Positions 1 to 9,131 of a stretch of DNA of 64,000 nt are shown here, piece after piece. Under the pieces are notes generated by a model that was given only the letters and a program-made list of their open reading frames with translations, had not been told where the DNA came from and made no database searches. The position numbers and the translations under genes were made by a program. Each line of letters opens with the position of its first letter. Position 1 is the first letter of the stretch. Location of the stretch: assembly GCA_030018935.1 (NCBI GenBank), contig JASEGZ010000005.1, positions 4,988-68,987 of the forward strand, read 5' to 3'. The DNA is from Syntrophales bacterium (lineage in GTDB: Bacteria > Desulfobacterota > Syntrophia > Syntrophales > CG2-30-49-12).

Positions 1-852
1 ACGACTGAAATCGGCCCTCCCAAAGGCGTAGACATCTCCGAAATGGTTCACCACATAGATTTGCTCAAGGAAAAGGTTGACGCTATTAACGTCACTGACC
101 ACCAGAGCTCAATGATGCGCTTTCCCTCCGTGGGTGGTTGTTTCCTGATAAAGGAACGTGGCGGTGAGCCTATCCTTCAGATGACTTGCCGGGACCGTAA
201 CCGGCTGGCGCTTCAAGCTGACCTTCTGCTGGCATACTCTAGAGGCATCACTAATGTGCTATGCCTTACTGGAGATTGTGTTGATGTAGGGGATCACAAG
301 GAAGCAAAGCCTGTTTTTGATTTGGATTCCGTGCAGTTGCTGAAAATGATCAGGACTATGGAATCAGGAACGGATGTGGCGGGGAACGCTCTCAAAGGCG
401 TTCCAAAATTCTGCCTCGGAGCCTCAGTTCATCCCGAAGCCGACTTTATTGATCCACAACTCGTCAAGTTTGAAAAAAAGGTTACAGCCGGGGCGCAATT
501 TTTCCAGACCCAGGGCATTTTTGACTTAGTGAGCCTTCGGAGGTTCATGCAATTTGCCTCCCCGTTTAACGTTAAAATCCTGGCGGGTATTATAGTCCTC
601 GCTTCAGCAAGGATGGCTCGATATATGAACGATAATGTCCCCGGAATAATTGTCTCTCAAGCCATTATCGATGAGCTAACTAATGCGGAGAAGGGCAAGG
701 GACTTCAGAAGGGAATCGAGATTGCGGCGAGATTTGTAAAAACCATTAAGGAAGAAAAACTGTGCCATGGTGTGCATATTATGGCCGTGGGCAGTGAAAG
801 GATAGTGCCTGATATCTTAGAGGCAGCTCAAGTGAGCGGAGCACATCGTTAA
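1..852 (+). CDS. metF: methylenetetrahydrofolate reductase-like protein (MetF family), 5' end cut by window edge
   Basis: Frame 1 is open from nt 1 (TTEIGPPKGVDISEM...), so the ATG at 43 is internal. The translated sequence DHQSSMMRFPS...MTCRDRNR...CLTGD...FFQTQ is typical of MTHFR barrels. Confidence 0.8.
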   Translation, partial: TTEIGPPKGVDISEMVHHIDLLKEKVDAINVTDHQSSMMRFPSVGGCFLIKERGGEPILQMTCRDRNRLALQADLLLAYSRGITNVLCLTGDCVDVGDHKEAKPVFDLDSVQLLKMIRTMESGTDVAGNALKGVPKFCLGASVHPEADFIDPQLVKFEKKVTAGAQFFQTQGIFDLVSLRRFMQFASPFNVKILAGIIVLASARMARYMNDNVPGIIVSQAIIDELTNAEKGKGLQKGIEIAARFVKTIKEEKLCHGVHIMAVGSERIVPDILEAAQVSGAHR

Positions 853-961
853 GGAGTACTTTAGTGAAGTAGATTAAATAAACATCGTATTGGAGGGACA
901 GTCGGAGGGAAACAGTGGCTCAAACAGAGTGGTTAAGTCTAATGGAAGGAGGTAAGGTAAA

Positions 962-1759
962 ATGGGAAAGGGTGAAAAAATCTTGATCGTAGATGATGAG
1001 CCCAATTTCGTAGAAGCTTTCCGTCGAACTTTGGAAGCCAAGTCCTATCAAGTAATGACTGCTTCTAACACAGAACTTGCTCAGGAGATGATGAAAGCAG
1101 ACCCAGCCCTCGTTGTCCTGGGTACACTAGCTCCTGCTGGCCAAGCATTCTCGATGTATCAGTGGCTAATCCAGCACCCTAGGTATAAAGACATACCACT
1201 ACTAGTTATCGATGCCCGCTACGAGGAGCGGTCGATTAGGGGATTGAGAAGGTTTGAGGGCATACAGATGGACCCTGACGAGTATCTATCAAAGCCAATT
1301 GAGCCAGCTTTACTGGTGCCCCAAATCCAAAGCTTGCTGGAGGCAGTGACAAGGGTGATAAGAGTACTGGTAGTAGACGACCATACCATGGTAAGAGCCG
1401 GAATATGTGCGGTTCTTGCATTGCAAAAAGACATGGAAGTGGTAGGCGAGGCTGTTAACGGGCAAGACGCGATTGATAAGGCGCTGCGGCTTGTGCCAGA
1501 TGTAGCGTTGATGGATATAGTCATGCCAGTGATGAGCGGAATAGAAGCGACAAAACGAATAAGCCAGGAATGCCCGCAGACAAAGATTTTGATCTTAACA
1601 CAATACGATGAGGAAGAGAATATGATTGTCGCCAAGCAGTCAGGAGCATATGGCTTCATTCCCAAGAAGGCTGCCAGCTCGGATCTCATAACTGGCATAA
1701 GGTTAGTAAGCCAAGGAAAGTATTTCCCTCCGCCTTTTGCCGAGATAGTTATTCGCTAG
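962..1759 (+). CDS. response regulator with two receiver domains and no output domain (first receiver degenerate)
   Basis: aa 5-125 carry ILIVDDE...LSKP, but Gly54 sits where the phospho-acceptor Asp is expected (ALVVLGTLAP). aa 133-250 form a NarL-type REC with VLVVDDH, VALMDIVMP, ILTQ and IPKK. The ORF ends about 12 aa after the second REC with no HTH. Confidence 0.85.
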   Translation: MGKGEKILIVDDEPNFVEAFRRTLEAKSYQVMTASNTELAQEMMKADPALVVLGTLAPAGQAFSMYQWLIQHPRYKDIPLLVIDARYEERSIRGLRRFEGIQMDPDEYLSKPIEPALLVPQIQSLLEAVTRVIRVLVVDDHTMVRAGICAVLALQKDMEVVGEAVNGQDAIDKALRLVPDVALMDIVMPVMSGIEATKRISQECPQTKILILTQYDEEENMIVAKQSGAYGFIPKKAASSDLITGIRLVSQGKYFPPPFAEIVIR

Positions 1760-1807
1760 AAGCAAAGGGAAGTACTTCCCTACGTCTTCTGTCTCACTAT
1801 CTGCCAA

Positions 1808-2096
1808 CTAACAGCAAGGGCGACGTGGTGAGAGGTCTGACCCGAACCAGCTAATTCGTTCCAGATTCAGACGGTACTTAGTAGTGGGCGCTCTCAGGCA
1901 GAGGTGTTGGCTTTGGGTCTGGTAGGAAATGTTGGTTATCTCCACTTTCCTGTTGAGAGAGGGAAAGACCATTTTTTTCTTTTCCTGAGGAATCCCATCT
2001 GACACCAGTGTTCCGGCAGATTTCCGCGGGGTTCTTTCCTGGCAGCGCCTCTTGGGCAATGTTCAGGACGGTCAGATAATCATCTATGCGAGGCAA
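1808..2096 (-). pseudogene. small frameshifted ORF remnant downstream of mobA (two overlapping frames joined at an A7 run)
   Basis: ORFs 1878-2096 and 1808-2059 overlap in different frames. The apparent sense continues across the run ggaaaagaaaaaaatgg. The start overlaps the mobA stop. Family assignment is uncertain. Confidence 0.25.
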
Positions 2097-2677
2097 GATA
2101 AACTCCTGGAAATCAGTTTAAGGTCCTCTTTTGCATTAACGTTGAAGAACATCCTCCCCTCTGGATCGAAAGATTTTATGATATCTTTGGAAATCCTGAA
2201 GATTTTTAATCCTCTGTAGAAACCTGTAATCTTCAATTTGTCCATGGTGATGAGTTTTTTGATGGAGGAAAGGCAACTTTTCGCGTAGATTGCATGCAGG
2301 GGCTGGAGTCCGTCGGCTGGATCAGGCGCCACAATATCGTAGGATCCGATGTGTTCCATCATGTATTCAATGAAATTTCTCTTTAAGAAGGGCATGTCGC
2401 AAGCCGATACAAAGGCATGTCCGTAAGAAGCGTAAAAAAGACCGGTATAGATACCCCCCAGGGCGCCCTTGTCTTTGAAGATATCGGTGACAATCTCGAC
2501 ATCCTGATCAAGGTAGGCAAGGGGAGAGTTGGTAACCAGAATGACTTCCTGGAAAATTTCTCTGAAAATCCTGACGATCCTGTCAATTAGCCGCTCATTG
2601 TCAATTTCAAGGAAGGCCTTGTCTGTTCCCATCCTTGTGTTTTTCCCGCCGGCTAAGATAATTCCTGTCATTTTCAT
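2084..2677 (-). CDS. mobA: molybdenum cofactor guanylyltransferase
   Basis: N-terminus GIILAGGKNTRMGTDKAFLEI and a size near 195 aa are typical of MobA. Confidence 0.85.
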   Translation of the reverse strand: MKMTGIILAGGKNTRMGTDKAFLEIDNERLIDRIVRIFREIFQEVILVTNSPLAYLDQDVEIVTDIFKDKGALGGIYTGLFYASYGHAFVSACDMPFLKRNFIEYMMEHIGSYDIVAPDPADGLQPLHAIYAKSCLSSIKKLITMDKLKITGFYRGLKIFRISKDIIKSFDPEGRMFFNVNAKEDLKLISRSLSCLA

Positions 2678-2705
2678 TTACTGTAATGTTGGCTAAAGCC
2701 AGTTC

Positions 2706-2734
2706 TTGACTGATTAAAAACATTCTAATATAAT
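2706..2734 (+). promoter_or_regulatory. sigma70-type promoter candidate upstream of lon (TTGACT-N17-TATAAT)
   Basis: ttgact at 2706-2711, a 17-nt spacer, then tataat at 2729-2734. It lies about 115 nt upstream of the lon start. Confidence 0.5.
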
Positions 2735-2849
2735 ATTAACAAATTCACAAGGGAAACTCTAAGCAGACCCCCTTCTGTGAAGGGGGGCAAAGGGGCGTGA
2801 GGCCCTGTATTTCTGGGGTGGCTTTCGCAAAAAATTTGATAAAAGGGGT

Positions 2850-5165
2850 TTGATGATGATGAATAAGCATTTGATGATTTTGCCGTTAAGAAATATGGTC
2901 CTATTTCCTGGGATACAGGTGCCTTTATTGATAGGAAGGGGGGAGTCCATCAGGTTGGTCAAGGATGCCTGGGAAAAGAAAGAGTGGATTGGTGTGGTTG
3001 CTCAAAAAGATGCGGAGAAGGATGAACCGACACCGCCGAAGGACCTCTATTCAGTGGGCACCGTGGCGAAACTTTTAGATTTAGTGAAAGAGGACGAAGG
3101 GTTTCGTATTGTGGTGGAAGGCATGCAGAGATTTAGGATAGCCAGGTACCTTGAGTCCATCTATTACTTTGTCGCCGAGGTAGAGGTAATCAAGGAGGAA
3201 GAGGCGACCTTAGAAGCAAAAAGGATGATGCATGAGGTAAAGAAGGCAGCATTGGAGTTAGTTCAACGTGTCAAGATGCCGGCATCAGTGGCAAAGGCGG
3301 GAAAAGAACAGATAAATCAGATTTCTCATCCTGGTCAATTGGCAGACTGGATAACCGTTTTTGGTCCCTTTGAGGTGGAAAAAAAGCAGGAGATTCTGGA
3401 GGCAATAAATATTGAAGAAAGATTGAAAAAACTTTTGCACCTCCTTAAGGAAGCGGAAGTAGGGATAGATGTTAAAGAAGAGGCCGGGAAGGAGGTTTTT
3501 AAAACCCAGAGGGCTTATTGGCTTCGTGAACAGATTAAGGCAGCGCAAAAAGAATTGAAAGAAATGGGAGAAGCAGAGGTATCGGGAGAGGTATCTGCCT
3601 TGAAGGAAAAGATAGAGGAAGCCCAGATGACAGAGGAAGCCCAGAAAGCGGCCGAAAAGGAGTTAGACCGGCTGAGTTATATTCACCCGGCCTCGGCCGA
3701 ATACGGGACTATCCGAACCTACTTAGATTGGCTGATAGAAATCCCCTGGTCGAAGAGCACGGAAGACAATCTGGATATCGATCAGGCCGAAAAGATTTTA
3801 GATGAAGACCATTATGATCTGGAAAAGATAAAAAAGAGAATGTTGGAATATTTGGCCGTTCATCAACTCAAGCCGGATGTGAAAGGACAGATCCTCTGCT
3901 TTGTGGGGCCGCCCGGCACCGGCAAAACTTCCTTAGGCCGGTCTATTGCGCGAGCACTGGGCAGAAAGTTTGTCAGGATCTCCCTGGGGGGAGTCAGGGA
4001 TGAAGCAGAAGTTAGAGGTCATCGCCGCACATACGTTGGCGCTTTGCCTGGCAGGATCATCCAGCAGATTAGAAAGGCCGGCTCCAGTAACCCGGTTTTT
4101 ATGCTCGATGAAATGGACAAGATCGGAACTGATTGGCGAGGCGACCCTTCTTCCGCTCTCCTGGAGGTCTTAGACCCGGAACAGAATTTTTCTTTTTCCG
4201 ACCACTATCTGGAAGTTCCCTTCGATCTGTCCAGGGTAATGTTTATCGGTACGGCTAATTTGGAAGACCCGATTTTACCCGCTCTGAAAGACAGGATGGA
4301 GATTTTGCGCCTGCCCGGTTATACCCGGGAAGAAAAACTCAGAATTGCCAAACAATTCCTGATTCCCAGACAACTCGAAGGACACGGCCTTTCCCCAGAA
4401 CAGCTTGAATTTGAGGATGAGGCGGTAGAAGTGATTATCAGGGATTATACGAGGGAGGCCGGGGTCAGGAATTTGGAACGGGAGATCGCCAGTTGCTGTC
4501 GAGGGGTAGCTAAGGATATTGCCGCCAAAAAGATTGAGAAAACCAGGATTAAAGTTGCCAATCTCCACGAACTTTTAGGACCGATAAAATTCTTCTCAGA
4601 GCTGGCAGAGAGAACCTCAAAGCCGGGAATAGCTATCGGTCTGGCCTGGACCCAATACGGTGGGGAAATCCTCTTTGTGGAAGCTGCCAGGATGGAGGGA
4701 AAGGAGAAACTTACCTTAACCGGGCAGTTAGGTGATGTGATGAAAGAATCAGCCCAGGCCGCCTTAAGCTATATAAGGTCCAATATTGCTAAATTTAATC
4801 TGGAGGCTAATTTTTTTGAAAAGAAAGAAATTCATCTCCATGTCCCTTCCGGGGCAACTCCCAAGGATGGGCCATCAGCGGGGATAGCCATGTTTATCGC
4901 CTTAATTTCTCTCCTGACAAAGAGACCGACACGTGCAGAAGTAGCCATGACAGGCGAGATCACTTTGCGGGGTAGAGTTCTACCCGTTGGTGGAATCAAG
5001 GAGAAGGTTCTGGCGGCCAAAGAGGCTGGACTCAAGACTGTCATTCTGCCGAAGAGGAATGAGAAAGATTTAGAAGAGGTGCCAAAGGAAGTAAGAGATG
5101 TGGTGGAATTTAAATTTATTGAAGAGATGGAAGAGGCCATAAGGATAGCTCTGGAGGAAAATTAG
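2850..5165 (+). CDS. lon: ATP-dependent Lon protease
   Basis: 771 aa with an N-terminal LON domain (LPLRNMVLFPG), Walker A GPPGTGKTS, and the protease serine motif PKDGPSAGIAM. Confidence 0.97.
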   Translation: MMMMNKHLMILPLRNMVLFPGIQVPLLIGRGESIRLVKDAWEKKEWIGVVAQKDAEKDEPTPPKDLYSVGTVAKLLDLVKEDEGFRIVVEGMQRFRIARYLESIYYFVAEVEVIKEEEATLEAKRMMHEVKKAALELVQRVKMPASVAKAGKEQINQISHPGQLADWITVFGPFEVEKKQEILEAINIEERLKKLLHLLKEAEVGIDVKEEAGKEVFKTQRAYWLREQIKAAQKELKEMGEAEVSGEVSALKEKIEEAQMTEEAQKAAEKELDRLSYIHPASAEYGTIRTYLDWLIEIPWSKSTEDNLDIDQAEKILDEDHYDLEKIKKRMLEYLAVHQLKPDVKGQILCFVGPPGTGKTSLGRSIARALGRKFVRISLGGVRDEAEVRGHRRTYVGALPGRIIQQIRKAGSSNPVFMLDEMDKIGTDWRGDPSSALLEVLDPEQNFSFSDHYLEVPFDLSRVMFIGTANLEDPILPALKDRMEILRLPGYTREEKLRIAKQFLIPRQLEGHGLSPEQLEFEDEAVEVIIRDYTREAGVRNLEREIASCCRGVAKDIAAKKIEKTRIKVANLHELLGPIKFFSELAERTSKPGIAIGLAWTQYGGEILFVEAARMEGKEKLTLTGQLGDVMKESAQAALSYIRSNIAKFNLEANFFEKKEIHLHVPSGATPKDGPSAGIAMFIALISLLTKRPTRAEVAMTGEITLRGRVLPVGGIKEKVLAAKEAGLKTVILPKRNEKDLEEVPKEVRDVVEFKFIEEMEEAIRIALEEN

Positions 5166-5184
5166 CTCCGGGAGTGGAGTTTCC

Positions 5185-5616
5185 ATGGTTCATAAAGATG
5201 AAAGGAGTTTTATAAAAGGGCAATCCGACACGCAGGTAAATGGGAAGATAGCAAAGGCGGTAAGGCTAAAGACTGTTGATGGGGAGATTACCTGTGCCGA
5301 TGCCGGCAGCATTGCCGGTGAACTCAATGTAGCGATGAGTGAGATAGGTGTTACCCTTGATCTTCTGGGGATACGCATTACCAAATGTCAGTTGGGCCTC
5401 TTCGGCTATGCCCCTCGTAAGATGATTATCCCTCCGGCGGAAACCGTCACTCCTGAACTGGAAAAAGCTATCCGTGATGCCCTAATGGATCATCGTCTTT
5501 CCTGTGCCGCTTCCTGGGAGATTGCGGCACGATTGGGTATGCCCAGAATAAAGGTTTCGTCTGCCTGCGAAGCCTTGAAGATCAAGATCAAGCCCTGCCA
5601 GTTGGGGGCTTTTTAG
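5185..5616 (+). CDS. hypothetical protein with an internal duplication of a Cys-containing module of about 45 aa
   Basis: Two repeats are visible: ITCADAGSIAGELNVAMSEIGVTLDLLGIRITKCQLGLFG and LSCAASWEIAARLGMPRIKVSSACEALKIKIKPCQLGAF. The gene starts 20 nt after the lon stop. Confidence 0.6.
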   Translation: MVHKDERSFIKGQSDTQVNGKIAKAVRLKTVDGEITCADAGSIAGELNVAMSEIGVTLDLLGIRITKCQLGLFGYAPRKMIIPPAETVTPELEKAIRDALMDHRLSCAASWEIAARLGMPRIKVSSACEALKIKIKPCQLGAF

Positions 5617-6171
5617 CTTACTGTGCCGCAGCTTCGTCCTATCAAAAGTAAAAACATAGAAAGGTCGTTGCTTATGTCAAAAGGGAGGGGAGTCACAAGG
5701 AGACAGAAAGATATACCCCGCTTATTGAGGGAAAGAAAACAACTTGTGAAGGACAAAAAAAGGGTCAAAAAGAAATAATAAGCCGTGGAAAACTATTTTA
5801 CAGATAACGGGGCGGCTCAGTGGTGCGCGGTAGCGCGTCCGACGGCAGCCGCTGGTTAGGCCAACTCTGGCCTGGCACTGGCAATTTATAATTTTATGGA
5901 CGTCCCCACTCACCTCAACCTCAGTATTTCTTCCTCCAGAGCGTCTCAGGAGTCCTTTATCGCATCAATTTTAACATGACAAACGTTGCCAACACCTAAT
6001 TTTGCATACATTTCTTATCACATAACAACCCAATTTTCAATAGAAAAGACCCGCACCAGAAGTAACTCATAAAGTTGTACTTTACAGTTTTATTGTATTT
6101 CGTTAAACTAAGTAAAATCATCAGGCGGGTCTACGGAAATAGCATCCCCGCGACAGAAAGGAGCTTAAGTC

Positions 6172-6702
6172 ATGGAAGTAAAGATCGGTAAAGGGACATT
6201 GGCCCTTGTGGAAGGGGATATTACCCATGAGGAAACAGATGCTATCGTAAACGCTGCCAATTCGAGACTCATGGGAGGTGCCGGTGTTGATGGCGCTATA
6301 CATCGCGCCGGGGGGCCTTCCATTATGGCGGAATGTCGAAAAATCGGGGGTTGTCCCACAGGTCAGGCTGTCATTACAACAGGTGAGAATCTCAAGGCAA
6401 GATACGTCATCCACACCGTTGGTCCCATTTATCAGAACGGGACAAAAGGTGAGGCAGACCTCTTGAGAAGTGCCTATCTTTCAAGCCTTAAACTCGCTTC
6501 GGCGAAGGGACTGAAAAGTATTGCCTTCCCGGCGATAAGCACGGGAGCTTACGCCTATCCATTGAGTGAGGCGGCACACATTGCCCTCAAGGCAGCCATA
6601 GATTACCTCAGAGAACACAGCGATATTGAGCTTATTCGCTTCGTCCTCTTTGGCCGCAAGACCTATGACACTTTTAGGGAAGAACTGAGAAAACTTATAT
6701 AA
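6172..6702 (+). CDS. macro domain protein (O-acetyl-ADP-ribose deacetylase-like)
   Basis: GDITHEETDAIVNAANSRLMGGAGVDGAIHRAGG...VIHTVGP is the canonical macro domain signature. Confidence 0.9.
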   Translation: MEVKIGKGTLALVEGDITHEETDAIVNAANSRLMGGAGVDGAIHRAGGPSIMAECRKIGGCPTGQAVITTGENLKARYVIHTVGPIYQNGTKGEADLLRSAYLSSLKLASAKGLKSIAFPAISTGAYAYPLSEAAHIALKAAIDYLREHSDIELIRFVLFGRKTYDTFREELRKLI

Positions 6703-6717
6703 ATATGAGAGAATTGG

Positions 6718-7536
6718 ATGGCGATTGAATTCTTTAAAATGAGTGGTAGCGGAAATGATTTCATCCTGATTGACAACAGAGACTGCTCCTTAGCCGTAGA
6801 GAACTTGGAAAGATTTGCTAGAACCATCTGCGAGAGAAAAGTCTCTGTGGGAGCAGATGGTTTGATTATCATCGAGAATTCTGACAGGACCGATTTTCGC
6901 TGGAGGTTTTTCAACGCTGATGGCAGCGAGGTGGAAATGTGCGGTAATGGAGGGCGATGTGCCGCCCGTTTCGCCAGCATCAAAGGTATCGCTAAAGAAA
7001 AGATGTCCTTTGAAACCGTGGCTGGCCTCATTGATGCCGAGGTAAAGGGCGATACGGTCAAGCTGAGATTAACCGACCCGTATCATTTACGGATAGATTA
7101 TCCGATCATCATCGAGGATCGGTCATTCGAAGTGAACAGTATCAATACTGGCGTTCCCCATGTGGCGCATTTTGTCCATGACCTTGATCACTACGACGTG
7201 TTTCATATTGGCCGGATGATTCGCTACCACCCCCAGTATCAGCCCGAGGGGACGAATGCAAATTTTGTAGAGGTAGTTGACGGGCATACCATCAAGATTA
7301 GAACATATGAAAGGGGTGTGGAGGATGAGACCCTGGCCTGCGGCACCGGTGCCGTCGCCTCGGCCCTGATATCTTCCTCAAAGGGGTTGATCGAATCACC
7401 CGTAGAAGTCAGTGTAAGGAGTGGGGAGATACTTAAAGTTTACTTTGAAAGGACAGAAGGGGGATTCGAAAATATCTATCTCGAAGGTAAAACAAAAATA
7501 GTCTATCAGGGTCTCCTCTGGGAAGAAAAGTCATAA
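6718..7536 (+). CDS. dapF: diaminopimelate epimerase
   Basis: FFKMSGSGNDFILID, the catalytic Cys motifs CGNGGRCAARF and ACGTGAVA, and a length of 272 aa. Confidence 0.95.
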   Translation: MAIEFFKMSGSGNDFILIDNRDCSLAVENLERFARTICERKVSVGADGLIIIENSDRTDFRWRFFNADGSEVEMCGNGGRCAARFASIKGIAKEKMSFETVAGLIDAEVKGDTVKLRLTDPYHLRIDYPIIIEDRSFEVNSINTGVPHVAHFVHDLDHYDVFHIGRMIRYHPQYQPEGTNANFVEVVDGHTIKIRTYERGVEDETLACGTGAVASALISSSKGLIESPVEVSVRSGEILKVYFERTEGGFENIYLEGKTKIVYQGLLWEEKS

Positions 7537-7660
7537 GTCGTAAGTCGTAAGTCGTAAGTCGTAAGTCGTAAGTCGTAAGTCGTAAGTCATAAGTCGTAAG
7601 TCATAAGTCGTAAGACATAAGACATAAGACGTAAGACGTATGACGTATGACGTATGACAT
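7530..7660. repeat. family A octamer-array hairpin (GTCGTAAG/GTCATAAG units, then ACATAAGA/ACGTAAGA/ACGTATGA units)
   Basis: Read directly. About 10 left-arm units and about 6 right-arm units fill the dapF-dapL spacer. The dapF stop (tcaTAAg) lies in the first unit. Confidence 0.9.
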
Positions 7661-7678
7661 AGAAGGAGGAACACAGAT

Positions 7679-8845
7679 TTGCAGATAGCCGACCGCTTGA
7701 AGAAAATCCCCCCCTACCTTTTTGTGGAGCTGAGAAAAAAAATAGCCCGGGCAAAGGACGATGGTGTAGACGTGATCAGTCTTGCCATCGGTGATCCCGT
7801 GGAGTCAACACCCGACCCCATTATTGATGAACTCTGCCTCAGGGCAAGAGATCCGGAAAATCACCGTTATCCCACGGATGAAGAAAAGGGGATGTTTGCC
7901 TTCCGGCAGGAGGTTGCCCGCTGGTACAGCAGTCGCTATGGTGTATCCCTGAATCCCGGGGACGAAATTTTAGGACTCATCGGCTCCAAGGAGGGTTGTC
8001 ACCACTTTATTCTGGCCTGTATCAATCCGGGGGATGTGGTCCTGATGACAGACCCCGGATACCCCGCCTACCGGGCAAGTATCCTGATGGGAGGGGGAGA
8101 GTCTTACTCCATGCCGATCCTGGTGGAAAACGGTTATCTCCCCGTTTTTGAGGACATCCAGCCTCATATCCTGAAAAAGGCGCGGGCGATGTTTCTCAAC
8201 TACCCCAATAATCCAACCGGCGCCTGCGCTACCATGGCGTTTTTTGACCGTGTGGTAAAGTTTGCCAGAGCGCATGATATTGCCGTCTGTTACGACAATC
8301 CATACAGTGAAATCGTCTTTGATGATCAGGAAAGATTAAGTTTCTTAATGGCCGAGGGGGCAAAAGAAGTGGGGGTGGAGTTAAATTCCCTGTCCAAGCC
8401 CTACAATATGACAGGCTGGCGGATCGGTATGGCGCTCGGGAACCCCGAAATCATTGCAGCAATGAGTAAGGTGAAGGAGAATACCGATTCTGGCATTTTT
8501 AATCCCATCCAGTACGCAGCCATCCATGCCCTGAGATATGAAGGGGCGGCCATAGAACACATGTTGAGTATCTATGCACGCAGGCGGGAAATGGTCCTGG
8601 CAACCCTCAGCCGTATCGAGATTACCTTTGATCCCCCCAAAGGGACCTTCTACCTCTGGGTACCGACACCGCCTGGTATGAGTTCCCTCGAATTTACCAA
8701 TCATCTGTTTGAAAAAACAGCCGTTGTCGTCGCTGCAGGTACAGCCTACGGCCAGTACGGAGAGGGTTACATCCGGATATCCCTTACCGTCCCCGATGAC
8801 AGGCTCAGGGAAGCGATGGCCCGGATTGAGAGAGAATTCGGTTAG
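7679..8845 (+). CDS. dapL: LL-diaminopimelate aminotransferase / class I aminotransferase
   Basis: TTG start after aggagga. IPPYLFVEL...ISLAIGDP...NYPNNPTG...SLSKPYNMTGWRIG (PLP lysine motif). Adjacent to dapF. Confidence 0.8.
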   Translation: MQIADRLKKIPPYLFVELRKKIARAKDDGVDVISLAIGDPVESTPDPIIDELCLRARDPENHRYPTDEEKGMFAFRQEVARWYSSRYGVSLNPGDEILGLIGSKEGCHHFILACINPGDVVLMTDPGYPAYRASILMGGGESYSMPILVENGYLPVFEDIQPHILKKARAMFLNYPNNPTGACATMAFFDRVVKFARAHDIAVCYDNPYSEIVFDDQERLSFLMAEGAKEVGVELNSLSKPYNMTGWRIGMALGNPEIIAAMSKVKENTDSGIFNPIQYAAIHALRYEGAAIEHMLSIYARRREMVLATLSRIEITFDPPKGTFYLWVPTPPGMSSLEFTNHLFEKTAVVVAAGTAYGQYGEGYIRISLTVPDDRLREAMARIEREFG

Positions 8846-8867
8846 AAAAACATCGTTATAAGAGCTT

Positions 8868-9082
8868 TGAAATTTGGGTTTATCCGCGCTCAAAAATCTT
8901 TTCCGACCATGCACGTTTAGTTTCGCTGCAAAGGCAAAACTCGCGCTTGAGCGCTCAAATATTGCCTTTGCGGACGCTTCGCTGTGACGGCAGGGTGTCC
9001 GAAAAACATTTGATTAGCTACGCTGAATCTTCGATCCAGCTACGCTGATTCTGCGAATTCGCTCTCCTGAATCCAAATTTCA
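8868..9082. repeat. family E long imperfect palindromic element
   Basis: Outer arms are tgaaatttgggtt / aatccaaatttca. Middle arms are gcgctcaaaaatcttttccgacc / ggtgtccgaaaaacatttgattagc. Inner arms are gcaaaggcaa / ttgcctttgc. It also has the direct repeat agctacgctgaatct / agctacgctgattct. Confidence 0.7.
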
Positions 9083-9131
9083 TTATTTTTCAAAGGTCTC
9101 GTTATATAAAATTCTTTGTGGAGACAAGAAA

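Noticed and set aside
5722-5913. 63-aa minus-strand ORF across the GC-rich island
   Set aside because: There is no SD and the composition is Cys/Arg-rich and odd. It is more likely a by-product of the structured GC-rich segment reported as a finding.
7530-7660. Possible CRISPR array (regular short repeats)
   Set aside because: The units are 8 nt and contiguous, with no spacers. The two halves are mutually near-complementary, and no cas genes are nearby. It is a tandem-repeat hairpin, not a CRISPR.
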